This document shows positions 1 through 12,400 of a DNA stretch of 64,000 bases, one piece after another (positions within the stretch are counted from its first letter, which is position 1; each line of letters opens with the position of its first letter). Made by a program: the position numbers and the translations under genes. Under the pieces are notes generated by a model that ran no database searches, was not told the DNA's origin, and saw only the letters and a program-made list of their open reading frames with translations. The stretch comes from Aplysia californica (taxonomy: Eukaryota): NCBI RefSeq assembly GCF_000002075.1, contig NW_004797656.1:73308-137307 (forward strand). The letters run 5' to 3'.

Positions 1-656
1 CCGAAATCACAAAAGAGTTCCCCTACCGGGTCTGTATACTTCGTGACTTTGTTCCCGGTTACCGGGTCTGTATACACTTCGAAAAGTATATCTCAGCCCC
101 AGAGTCTTGTCAAGGCGAGACTCCGTTTCTAAAGACGCTAGGTTGGCGCTGGCTTTTCCCGACGAGTCAGGGTGGAGCGTGTAAGGGAATTCGCGGGCGA
201 GCTAGGGTGTAGTGTGTTCAACAGTGTACTAACAACTTTCTCGCACCTGTTTGTCTGTGCGCCCATGGTCGCGCCCCGCTCCAAAAGTGATCGCGCTGAC
301 GGCATGCGGTCGCACCAAGGGCAGAACATTAGAATGTTAAAATGCGAAATCTGCGAATGACGTTTTGGAATGAGTGACGATATCACGGTATAAACTGAAG
401 TTGACACAGTGAAGCGGCCCTGAACATGGATTGCCTGACCTATTTTTCCGACAGACCGCTGAGAAGCAAAATACGACAAGTGGTCGCGGGTTGGGCCACC
501 TACTGTAGATCTATATCTAGGCTTAAATAAGGTGGGTGGGAACTACGGAAAAAGCACCGTCAAGTCTATTAGATCATGATTGTAATTGTAGGCTAGAAAT
601 CTAGTTGGGGCTCTTTGGAAATTGCCTTCCCGTTTGTTTACATAACCGAAGTGACT

Positions 657-1532
657 ATTCGGACTCGAGTCCGGATATGAAAAAATGTTATTCGGACTCT
701 GATTCTTGTCCAGCATGACATCACTTCCAACTTCCTGTGACTCGTGAATCCAGCTTCCTGTCCTGCCTCACCCGTGACTCGCCTCAGGCTGGGTAGAGAC
801 CGGGATCACTTCGGGCTAAAAGGCGTTTTGTGCAGGAGCTGAGTTTTAATCTTATGATGAATTTAAGGCCGGCCTGAAAAGTTATAGCGCTTCTAATAAA
901 TGTTTATTTGTCAAGAGGTCATCAGAAGTAATTAAAGATGGCTCGTTAGCGTGTGTCGGGGTCGGATGGGCAGCCTGCACACGTGTGGCTGTGTGCGTGT
1001 CGGGGACGGGGGTGGGGGGGCACTATCGGTCCGGGCGTTGAACGTCACATACGCGTCAGTCTTTTTGCCCCCGGCAACTGATCATTAAATACAATAATAA
1101 GCTAGTCTTGACGTAGATCTACGTAATGAATTGTGTGCTGGTCTATGGAATCAAAAGTTGCCGTATGCTCAGCTCTACACAGCAACACAACTTTTTCTTG
1201 GTAAACAATCGATATGACACAGGCTTGTGTATTTGAACGAATCTGTCTTTTTTTTTTTTTACCCAGCTCATAATATGCAGGTGCTAGGTGGTCTGCTAAT
1301 CTTCAATTTTACCTTTTTCTACAACAAAGAAAGTGGGAAATATGTGGGGTGGGGGGGGGGGTATCAATGAGGCGGCGGGCATCGGATCGGCAGAAAAGGT
1401 GTGGGGGGAACTAAAAAATGGCGGAAAATTGGAAGCACTGAACGTTAGATCTATAGAACGAAGACACTTCCTTTTTTATTCGGACTCGAGTCCGAATATG
1501 AAAAAATGTTATTCGGACTCGAGTCCGAATAA
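657..1532. repeat. Repeated palindrome TATTCGGACTCGAGTCCGAATA, probably transposon subterminal repeats
   Basis: Perfect 22-bp palindromes at 1477-1498 and 1510-1531. A near copy with the same ATGAAAAAATGTTA spacer is at 657-700. Confidence 0.7.
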
Positions 1533-1705
1533 CGACGGCCTTACATAACAGAATTAACTGATTGCCAAGGACAATAGTGGCCATGTAGGCTGAGTGAACC
1601 CTACCACATTAGCCAGTACAGTAATATTTTTCTGCCTTTTTTGTATTAAAGATATTTTGGCCAGATTGAACTTTGGTGGAACCACCGTGTTTACATGTGT
1701 ATTAA

Positions 1706-2594
1706 CCCTGGTCCTGCGGGGGCCGGGTTTATGTCGCCCGATAAGCCTTGTACCGATAAGCCTTGTAGAGATTTCGGCACCTCGCCTTCGTTCTGGTCCA
1801 GCGTCTGTCTGGCACCTGGCTCAGCGCACGCGCGCCAAGCATCATCTCCCGTTCAATTTGGGTCCCGCGTCGGATCTGCATTCACGCTGCTCAAGTGTGT
1901 GTGCGTCAGTCTGCTTGAGTTTGTGTGCGTTTGTGGCCTTCTTCTAGAATCGCCTGCGTTGGTTCATAACCGAGGCATACGTCTCATTCAAAACACGCCA
2001 AGTTGGTAGCTCTAGATGTTTGTCCAATGAAATTACAGAACAAATTGACCCACTTAGACATATGAGCTCGAAAGGATCTAAGTCAGGAAACAAGACTTCC
2101 ATTTTTCTATACCAAATTTTTCAAATGAGCTTGATTTTGTATGAAATGATAGTACTCGATAAAAAATAAGCTTGTTTGATACTTTTGAATACCATTGTGC
2201 AGGTACAAAGAACAATTTGAGGGCAAAACATTCGGAAATTGACCTATATTATCCCCTTTCGAACCCCGGGTCATTCATATTCATAGCAACGAGAGCCTCT
2301 AAAAAGGTTATAATAAATTCGAATGGGCATAACTACTCGTAATGCCTTATCAGCTTCTGGGTTATTCATGTGTTCATAACACTTTATAATAAGTAGAAGA
2401 AAGCTATAAGAAGAGTGTTAATTTCATCATCAATTAACACACTCCCAGGGTATTCCTGGCGAAAGCACACGTTTCCAGGCGTGCTTGCTGTACACCAACA
2501 GTACACACTGAGTGACCCTGGTGGCCTGCCCGGAATGTCCGACGTAATCGGTTGCTGATAAGATTTGCATCTCTGCACAGACGAAAGACAAGAG
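1706..2594 (+). mobile_element. Non-autonomous piggyBac-type MITE (family P1), copy 1
   Basis: TTAA at 1702-1705 and 2595-2598. Imperfect TIR CCCTGGTCCTGCG / CGAAAGACAAGAG. Colinear homology with 18637-20516. Confidence 0.75.
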
Positions 2595-3523
2595 TTAATG
2601 CGCACTAGCCTTAATAGTGGGGGTTTGAGGGGGGCGTGCCCCCCTGGCAAAAATAATAAATTTTTTTAATACTTCACGTTTACATGGCAAATTATCAGTT
2701 CCAAAACGGCTGCCAATGGAACGGGAAGGCAATTTCCAAAGAGCTACGGCTAGTTGATGATCTAGATCTAGATCTATAGCCGAATGATTGTAATTTCTAG
2801 AATCTAGATTCTACTGAACTTTGAACTATGAATGAATATTAAATAGATTTAGATCTATTACTATGACTTTGAATTATGAATGATAGACCAGCCTCATGCT
2901 CAGATATAATTATTTTAGTCAGATTAAAGTCACGGCTTTTTGCAGTTTGGGCCCTAATTTAGGGCTCTAGGCCAAGAGTAGCCTACTGGATATTGATACT
3001 GAATTACTCGCAATGTTCTTTTCAATTCAAAAATGAGCAGAGTAATGTTTGACTTTTTTTTAATTAAGGGTGGGTTTCAGGGGGCATGCCCCTTTGAATT
3101 TAACCATAATTAATGATAATTTGATATTTCATAAAGTTACAGGTTTGTCTCTTGCTTGCTTAACGTCTAACATCATCATCACCACGCTCATCGAAAAGTA
3201 ATCATTTAGAACCAGATGTAGGCTAATCGTTGGTGGGGCCAAAACCCACACTCTATAATTGTTGGGGCCAAAACTGGATGCCATTAGAAGTTTTTAAAAA
3301 GCAAAAGTGGCTATTCTCCGATGTCACAGCGGTCAATAGATCGAAGCTACTCTCTGGCGTCACGTATAGTTGCACATGTTGCTTCTCCACAGATTTCCAT
3401 CTCCCCTGTCAGCACGGTTTCAAGAGAAGGGAAGATTGCTTGCCATATTATTGTGATTAGATTTGTTACAAACATTTATTAGGCATGCAATAAATAAAAC
3501 TAAGCTTTGTTCTATTTCCTCAG

Positions 3524-6500
3524 AATGCATCAGAACTGCAGCAAGTGGGGGCAACCCTAACTTCAAATGCTGAGAATCTTGGAAATAGTGTAAGTTTTAT
3601 TGATGATGTGTTTAATGCAATCTTGTAAAGTAAAAAATATACAGTGTCACAACGCGATGGAATCTGCACTTGTCAATTTTTGAGCATCTGAAGTTATTCA
3701 TTCGCATTATCTTGTCATTTGGTGTGCTTTTTATGAAAAAAGTACCCTTCTATTTTGAATAGAGAAGTCTAGATGTTTGCAATTGTAGGAAGTTCTGGTT
3801 TCCGAGGTAAAATTATTGAGAAAATGGCCGCCAAAGTTAGGTGACTCCCTTGGCTAGAGCGTCCTTGGAAAATGGAAAGGAAGTGGCTATTCTCACCCTG
3901 GGTGAGACTTACCTGCGTTGGTTATTCTCACCCGGTGTGAAACAAGACCTTTTTTTTCTAATTTCTGAACACTGTCTATGGGTGTGGGTGATCAAATTGG
4001 CAAAAACAAAGGAAAAAGTGATGTTATAGCAAAGAAGTAAACTTATTTGGTCGTCTACAAAGATGCTATGGCTACTTCACTGTTCGGATCGAGCCGAACT
4101 ACGCTGGTTGCCGTGCCGTTCTGTTTTGACCAGAAGTTCTTGCTGCTCCTTCTCTCCCTCTCTCCCCTATCTCTTTCTCCCCACTCCCCCCTCTCTCTTG
4201 CTCTCTCTCTCTCTCTCACTGCCCGCTGACTAAATTGCCCGCTTTCAACACAAGAGTGCTGGAACGTTTGTTTACACTGACAACTCACAAATATATACAT
4301 GAATATTAGAAGATTTTTTTTTTGTAAAGGGGTTAATCAATATTGAATAGTATGGTATCATTATATTATAATTGTGCAGAAAGTTGGGTTGTTTGTTTTG
4401 GTTTTTTTAATGATCAGCATTTTGTTGATAATTAATTTAATTAAATGAACAATTTGTGTGCGAATCTGCTTTTACAACTATATAGCTTTGATGGGGGTTT
4501 AGAGCTAACGGTAAGCACATGCTATGCTTTTAAAAACGACTTTACCATTTTTACCCATAGAAGATCTCAGAAATTAGTGATTTTGGCTGCGTGGAGCAAG
4601 CAGGGAGTGCTGAGATTTTGATTGAAAGTTTTGCACTGAACCGTGAGTGCAATTTAAAATTTTGTTGCACTTGTTGAGCATTTGTGAGACATCATGGTAA
4701 AATCAGGCGCTTGTCAAAATTATGAAATTGAGGAAACAGACATTTTTCCTCCAGTTTAGCAATTTTTGTCGAATTTTTGTTTTTTGACTCAATATCTTTT
4801 ATGTCCATATAAAAATACATTTCCATGTGAATTTTACTGAAAAAAACGTTGATTAATGGCACAAATAATGTATGTTTTCAGTTTTCAAGGACTCTCAAGC
4901 TATATATAACGTACAACTATCGTCCTTATCTCTCTTCCTTCTTTTTTATGTTTGTTACTCTCTTGTAACATCTCTAATCTTCTCCACTTATATATGACCT
5001 ATTTGTGTTGCATGTACCGTAAAAGCTCACTAAAACAAACACGGAAATAAGGGCTATGTATAGAAAATGCTGTGAACAGGGTTGGTGATTTTTTTGATTT
5101 TTTAAATAAAAATATAAAAAATCGATTTTTTAAATTTAAATCGGATTTTTTAAATTTAAATCGGATTTTTTTGATTTTTTTGATTTTAAAAAAAAATGTC
5201 GACACAGTTTGGGATTTTTGGTGGCTAAAAGTATGTTCTTTTAGTGCAGAATGCATTGTCTTTATTTTAACTAATGATCAATATAAGCAACTGCGAAAGA
5301 AAGCCTTAATCTGCTATTATCAGTGAATTATGGCTACAGACAAAAAATGAAGAAAATGTCAGTCTAAAAGGAAAGGGGGGGAGGGGGTAATTATGGATAG
5401 ATAAACTTGTATTTTATTACAGTGTGTGTGTGTGTGTGCGCGCGCTTGTGTTTGTCTAAAAAGAAAAAGAAAATGCTAATTTCAATCATGAAAAAAAANN
5501 NNNNNNNNNNNNNNNNNNNNNNNNNNNNNNNNNNNNNNNNNNNNNNNNNNNNNNNNNNNNNNNNNNNNNNNNNNNNNNNNNNNNNNNNNNNNNNNNNNTA
5601 TATCTGTTTTATAAAACCAAGGAAAGGAATTCTGAATGTTTAAAGACGTAAAAACAATACATTTTTTAAAAGTGATTTAAATCACTGAGTTTTATTTTTA
5701 AAATCAAGTTGATATAAATTTAAAAAATCAACTGATTTAAATCGACTTGATTTAAATCAACCCAACCCTGGTTTTCAATTATGAAAAGAAAGAAAATTGA
5801 ATACTGTTACACTGTATTATTTTACAGTGACAGGGGGGGGGAAGCAGACTTTTAAGCATTATTATATTAGTCTACTAAGCCTTATATATGTTAAATAAAA
5901 CCAAGGAAAGGAATTCTGAATGTTTAAATATGTAAAAACAGAATACATTTTTAAAAAAGTGATTTAAATCACAAAATCAAGTTGATTAAAATAAAAAAAT
6001 CAACTGATTTAAATCAACCAAGCTCTGATTTCAATTATGGGGGAAAAAAGTAAATTGAATACTGTATTATTTTACAGTGAAAGGGGGGGGGGAAGCAGAC
6101 TTTTAAGCATGATTATATTAGTCTACTAAACCTTATATCTGTTTTATGAAACCAAGGAAAGGAATTCTGAATGTTGAAATATAAAAAAAACTGAATAAAA
6201 ATAAATTTTTAAAAAGTGATTTAAATCACTGATTTTTATTTAAAAAATCAAGTTGATTTAAATCAACATGATTTAAATCAACCCAACCCTGCCTGGCTGT
6301 GAATAAGACGATATATTTTGCATTGTTTCTATCAGTAGGCTGTGTGTTTTGTTTGATACTTGCATAAAACATGTTTCTAACACTACTTTCATGGACTGCT
6401 TTTTTTTTTTATTTATCTGAAGGCTGACGTGGAAATGCGCTGGGCAATGAAGGCTATGGAACACGCAAATGTTCACTTCAATGTAAGCAATATCATCAGA

Positions 6501-9500
6501 AACCGGTTGTTTTACATTGTAAATATGTATATATTATAATATGTCAAAATATATAATGTACAAATTTGTCCTCTGCTGTGCTTTCCTTTCATTACAAGAT
6601 ACTATTTCTCAGTGCTGAAGAACTTTCATAATATTCTTTTGAAAGGGAAAGAACAGGAGGGAATCATGAACCCACTTAGACTGTAACTCTGTATCATATA
6701 ATAATGATAATAAATAGCATTTGTATAGCACGTATCCCTGCTCATCAGCAAGACCTATGCACTGTACACTATTAAATATGGTTGTAGTCCAATGTTTTTT
6801 CAGAGTTCTAGGTTAAGGCAAAATGTCCATTTACTCATCATTCAAGCTGCACATTTCAAGTGCCATTGTACCACAGAACATGCCACATTTACAATCTGAG
6901 ATGGAAACTTCTCTCCTTCCTCTTTCCACCTACCTTACTTAGAGCTGTCAGTTTGGACATTTTAAAAATTCATTTCTAGTCATAAATTTTATGCCATCGC
7001 CTTGGATTTAGTATCTGGATCTGAATTTTTTCAGCAAAGTACAGCTCTTCTCTCCCCCCGTCTATATTCTATATTGGTTTGAGAAGGAATTTTGCTTGTT
7101 GTTTTTTTTTTGTTTTTTACCCTTTTTTTATTTGGTTATTTTTCAGCTTATTTCTGCTGTAGATGCTTCTCAACTGAGACTCACAAAGGTGGATGATAAA
7201 ATCTATGAACATTTTCGGGCAGAATTTCCCGATTTCAGTCTACAAAAGATATCTGAGGATGATTTGAAGACCCCTGAGTCAAAAGAGGTAAAATGGATAT
7301 AATGGTTATGAATTATTCAAATTTCATCTTCAAGGAGGCGAGAAGAAAAATGAGAAAAGGCCTACATAGCGCAATGGACTATGTCATAGGAATAGTTTTT
7401 TTAAACAATGACAGATCATTATGTTTGAGGCAACAAAATTCTGAATTGCAATAATCTCACAGTCTTGAAAAAATTAGGCTCCATTTCTATGTTATACTAA
7501 TTGTACTCAGTTAGGTCACCAGGCCCTAATGCTGACTGTATCGGTATGGAAAATGTTGCTCTCGTGACCGAAAACACAAATTTTGTGTGAAGCTGACTGT
7601 AGTCTAATGGGAAGAGTAACCATTTTTCGTTTGAAAACAGACTATGACCAGAAGTGCAAGCCCAAATTTAGAGCAAAGAAAGCTATATATTTGTGAACCG
7701 TGTAAGGGGGGGGGTGAAATTTGAACTCACTTCCTTTCTTCGTTTTTTGTTTACTTTGTGACTCTATAGACCTTTTTTTTTACGGAGTATTGCATAAAAA
7801 CCATAACACATTTTGCCTTCAAATTTTCACTACACACAAATAAATTTTTGAATAAAATGTATAGTAAATTTGGGTAGAATATATTAGAATTTCCTTTTTT
7901 TTCAATTTTTCCAAAAAGTGTTAAAAATCTCTAGGGAGAGCTGACAATCCGAAAGTGTAGGCCTAGGGTTGAGTGAGTTTAGATCAATCCAATAACTCCT
8001 TATGCGCAAAATCTGGCAAGCGCCTGATTCACGCAACACATTACTTTTACTTTATTAGCTAAGGAGAGCTCAGTTTGTATGTTTTTTGGTCTCTTTCATT
8101 CTCACTTCCTAATTTTATTATTTTTTATTTTTTTATTTTAGAAATGGCGAAACTTTTGTGAATCATATAAGGGAGAAGTTGAGGATTACAATCAAGGCAC
8201 TCTGCTGCGGCTGGATTGTGAAGGAGACTATACACCAGAGAACACAACTCTCAGTAAGTATTTTTTGAGTCTATGAATCTGAGCTTTTGAAGTTTTCCCC
8301 AACTGACAATGTCAAAATGCTTTATGTTTACTTTTTTTCTTAAGTGTCACTATATCACCTTGTCTCTGCGACTTGTGATTTCATGTTTCGTGAGAACTGG
8401 TCTTGTGAATGTATTCCTTTTCATTTATCTTCATAGAAACAAGATTAGTTGAGCTTTTCCTTTTGCTATATGAACTGAATGAACAAAAAACTGATGCATA
8501 TTTGTGTGCTATCATGGTGAAAAATAATGCTTTTTGTCTGTTTGGTAATCCTATTGCGTTGTGAATGGGTGCTTGTAATCATTCTAATACTTTTGAGTAC
8601 ACCTCGTTTAGAATATTTTGGGGGGGGGGGGAGGGGGGTATAATTTGTATTATCATGCTTCTGAAAGTTGACTCCTGTTTTTTTCATTCCTGATTGTTTT
8701 TCGAATATTTTTCCTGTTACTGTTTGACAAACTTCCAGTTGTAGGTCCTGTTCTTTTGTTCAAGTAAGGTTTTATTTTTTTTAGGGGGGGGGTGGGTTAT
8801 GTAATTTGATCTAAGTTGTTATGGGCAAAGAATGCACATAACCAGAGTTTATCACAGGTCTCCAATAGAAGTTAAAAGGAAAAAAATGATATGATGTACT
8901 GTGGGGTTACCAGGTGGGGAGCTTTGTTATTGGTCCCATGTCAACAGGTGCTACAGAGAGGAGGAAATACTGATTTCACCACTTTATCAAAATTTAAATC
9001 GGCACTTAAAACGCATTTGTTTCAGTCCAGCTTCAATCTGTAATTTCCGACATTCCCAATACAATTATTATATATTCTCTCAGTATCTATTATGTTCTCT
9101 CAGTATCGTTTATTCATGCTGTTCTGTTCTGTAAGAATTTATGACTGTGTGAATTCATCAATGTGTGGGAATGTGTCTGGGTAAGCTTTGTGGGATTGTC
9201 TTTACTCAAGAATGTACTGGAGAGAGGGAGAGAGAGAGAGAGAGAGAGAAAGAGGATTACTATAGGAGCTGTGCGCTTCATATGTTCTTTGTATTATTGT
9301 ACAGCGCTTTGAGCACTTCTTTGTGGAAATGCGCTATATAAATGCAATTTATTTATTATTATTATTTACTTTCTCTAATCAGTCAGAACTTGTTCAGTTT
9401 GGTGTTTTATACTGCAGTAGTTAGAGCAAGCAGAAGTTCAGACTCAGTCCTCTTGTGAGGTTCATAAAAAACTCTGATGTTTTCTTTTTTCCATATATTG

Positions 9501-10634
9501 TATATTTGGTTAATCTTCACCTTGTGTGTGGTGATTTTTTTTTATCATCTGATACAACGTTGATGAAATATGTTAGTCATTAGGCTGTAAAAACATTTTT
9601 GTTTGAATTTATTCAGTAAGCATAATATATAGAGTACATTTGTGTTGTGGTCTAGGAAAACCAGGACTACTTATTCATCGGACACTAGTCATATATGTAT
9701 AATCAAGCCTTCGGCAAACTCCTATCAGTTTGGTGTCACAGGCCTAAGGAATAAGCAAAAAATGTCAATTTCCAATGTTTTTCCTTTCAAATTCTGTAAG
9801 CTTTCCAAAACTGATGGCTCTATTAATTTTGATTATTGTGCTTCCGTCTTCAATTCTTATGCAATCTAATATTGTGAAAGCAGCTTATTCATCCCTTTTC
9901 TAGGTAACATTAGACCAGAGCTAAAATATTGGTATTCTGTGTTTAGTAAGCATATTACTGCTTTGTAACACAATTAGGTTATATTAGTGTCGAAGATTAG
10001 AGGTGTTACAAGAAAGAAACAAAGGAGAAATAAGTTCGATAGATGTTTGGTAGGAAAGATGGAGCAAACCACATCGGAGTACCCGCCAACCACCCACTTA
10101 AACCTTTGGTAGAGAGTATTCCATACTGTGTAAAGTAAAAGGAAACTAACTGGTCTGGAGAAAGGAAATTGGTAATGGGAAGCAGGTAGGACAACTATTG
10201 GAATTGTATTTATTGTTTGTTATGTAAAGTTTAGTGCCCTGATTTTGTTTTTCGCGCTATTTNNNNNNNNNNNNNNNNNNNNNNNNNNNNNNNNNNNNNN
10301 NNNNNNNNNNNNNNNNNNNNNNNNNNNNNNNNNNNNNNNNNNNNNNNNNNNNNNNNNNNNNNAACACTTTAAAAAACCGTAACATATTTTTGAAAAAATG
10401 AAATCTACATTATATTCAGGAAGCGAAGTTTTTGACAAGGCTTTGGTTTTTCTGTGCCACCACTCATTTGCTGTTTGTGGATTTTAAAAAAAAATGATTC
10501 TGAAGTTGTAAAACATGATGTCTTTTTTTTTCCTTCCAGGTGTCAGAGCCCAGTTCCTGGCAATAGAAATTGCAAGAAACAAAGAAGGATTCAATACACC
10601 CCTCTGTAGAAAAAAGACTGATGATAAATCCTAG
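3524..10634 (+). CDS. PBDC1: Polysaccharide biosynthesis domain-containing protein 1 (PBDC1/CXorf26 family), 5'-partial, 5 coding exons seen
   Basis: Exons 3524-3589, 6423-6482, 7147-7287, 8142-8253 and 10540-10634 all have AG/GT boundaries and consistent phases (0,0,0,1). They splice to NASELQQVGATLTSNAENLGNS-ADVEMRWAMKAMEHANVHFN-LISAVDASQLRLTKVDDKIYEHFRAEFPDFSLQKISEDDLKTPESKE-KWRNFCESYKGEVEDYNQGTLLRLDCEGDYTPENTTL-SVRAQFLAIEIARNKEGFNTPLCRKKTDDKS*. Motifs E-x-x-WA, LTKVDDxIY, KWR, GTLLRLD and QFxAIEIARN-x-EG match the PBDC1 family as recalled. The ATG exon was not located. Confidence 0.93.
5077..6295 (+). mobile_element. hAT-type non-autonomous element with tandemly triplicated right end
   Basis: TIR CAGGGTTGG / CCAACCCTG. 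8-bp TSD GCTGTGAA at 5069-5076 and 6296-6303. Subterminal GATTTAAATC repeats. Right-end copies finish at 5770, about 6027 and 6291. Contains gap 5499-5598. Confidence 0.8.
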
Positions 10635-10857
10635 CATTATTTGAAATTTTAATTGTGTGTCATGTTGTAGATATTTTCGGTAAAAGAAAAAACCTTCTAT
10701 ACTATGATGACTCCTTGGGATAGAACAACTTAAAGAAAAAGGAGTGAGAAGACTGTCAAGCTTCCAAACGTAATTTTATTTTAACTGATTGCCTACTTTT
10801 TAGCAGAGGTTTACTTTTTTTTACTTATTGTGGCAGCAGCTTGCAAAAGCCTCAACA

Positions 10858-10863
10858 AATAAA
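10858..10863 (+). promoter_or_regulatory. Candidate polyadenylation signal of PBDC1
   Basis: AATAAA about 225 nt after the TAG stop. Position is plausible but untested. Confidence 0.35.
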
Positions 10864-11969
10864 GTAGTGTAAATCTGAATTGTGCTATTATTATACTGAA
10901 TCTGCTATTATACAATGTAAATGATAAGTCAAAACCATATTTAAGTATTTGTCTGGTGTCACAGGAAATTGAAAATTAGTGGACATTGATTGGCTGTCAT
11001 GTTTGTTTCAGATTGGGTTTTTTGTGTATTTTGGAGTTGCTTTTTTTTGGGGGGGGGGGGGGGGTTTGTGTGTGCAAATCTTTCCTTTGTTGCCTTTCCA
11101 TTCAAAGTGTAGGGTCTGTGCTGGCGGCACTGGTTGAAAGTTCTAGCTTGGCACGAATCTTTCGAGAAAAAATTCTTTTTACTGGGCATTGGTTTATTTC
11201 AAAAGTGGAATAGAGGTACAGTTGTATCAAGATACAGAAACATGCTTGTGATCTGGCTACACCAGGCTCAGAATATTTGCATTATGCCCCTGTTCTTTTT
11301 TAAATGTTGTAGGCAAGGTTTTCTATTATTTTATTTTTGGAATGCTGACCCTGTTTTTATAATTAAAATTATCTAAAGAGAAGGAAGAGAATACAAATGA
11401 GTGGACTTATTCTGTTTTGTTGTGGAAATGAATGTATCGGTAGTGGTCTTGCTTGACATCAGAACCCAGGTGGTGGAAGACTAAACCAGCTGGCTCTTAA
11501 ATGGATGGGGCCTTATGGGGGTTTCATGGAGCAGGACTCGACTCCTTCTGGTTAGCTTCCCAGTATTTATTTGTTGAAATTTTCACATAGGTGATGCTCA
11601 TTCCAGAGGAAAGATGGAGGTTCTCTCCTTATTCTTAAAAACAAACCACAGTAGCACTTGTTCTAGACAGCCATCAGTTGTTGAGGAAAAAAAATGGTAA
11701 TCTCAGATTGTCTCCTCAGATAGCATCATCATAAAAATAAAAACAGTGATGTCCACCTAACCCCAAGGGAAGCGAGCTTTGATTGCTGTTAGGTGAATGG
11801 TGCTGCCGATTGAATTTTCCAAAGGGGGTGTTCTGCATGCAACCCCCACTACACACACACGAATCCTGGCTGCAGGATGGCTTATTACACTTGTTGTTAA
11901 TGTTATTTTGGTAACTGAGAAAATAGGCGGTGTCAGCAGCCGGAGATTCCACCAGGGCTAGTCCTCTTT

Positions 11970-12400
11970 AATGAGCCAATGCTTGATCGCATGGCAGTAA
12001 TGTTGTGTATTGTGGCCAAAACTTTTCTACCCATCTGGGAGACCCTTGCTGGAGGGTATGAACAGAGCTCCTATGCTCAGTGTGGTGTAATTTTGGACCT
12101 GAGCAGATGTTATGAGTAGATAAACGAGAGAGGGGGGATGCACGCACACTATAGTGCGATAAAAAATGCATTGCGCAACTTATTGTGAAATATCTCCTTA
12201 CGTATCGAACATAGATTCTCCAACTTTTGCTGGACTTTCAAGTTTAAAGTCCATTCGAAAGGACCGAGCCAAAGGGGAAATTTGTGTGAAGTGCCTTTCC
12301 CAAGGACACTTTGGACCGAGCTGAGGCTCAACAAACCAGCAAAACCACAATCTGTCGATCATGAGTCCGGTAGCCCAACCACTACACTACCAACACCAGG
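11970..12400 (-). mobile_element. tRNA-headed CORE-type SINE
   Basis: The minus strand has a tRNA-like head (GTAGTGTGGTTGGGCTACCGGACTCATGATC) and a CORE-like GTGTCCTTGGGAAAGGCACTT at 12289-12309. Confidence 0.55.

Noticed and set aside
938-1441. ATGs at 938 and 1418 as the PBDC1 start exon
   Set aside because: They lie within a repeat and have no convincing phase-0 donor. The 1418 frame stops after seven codons.
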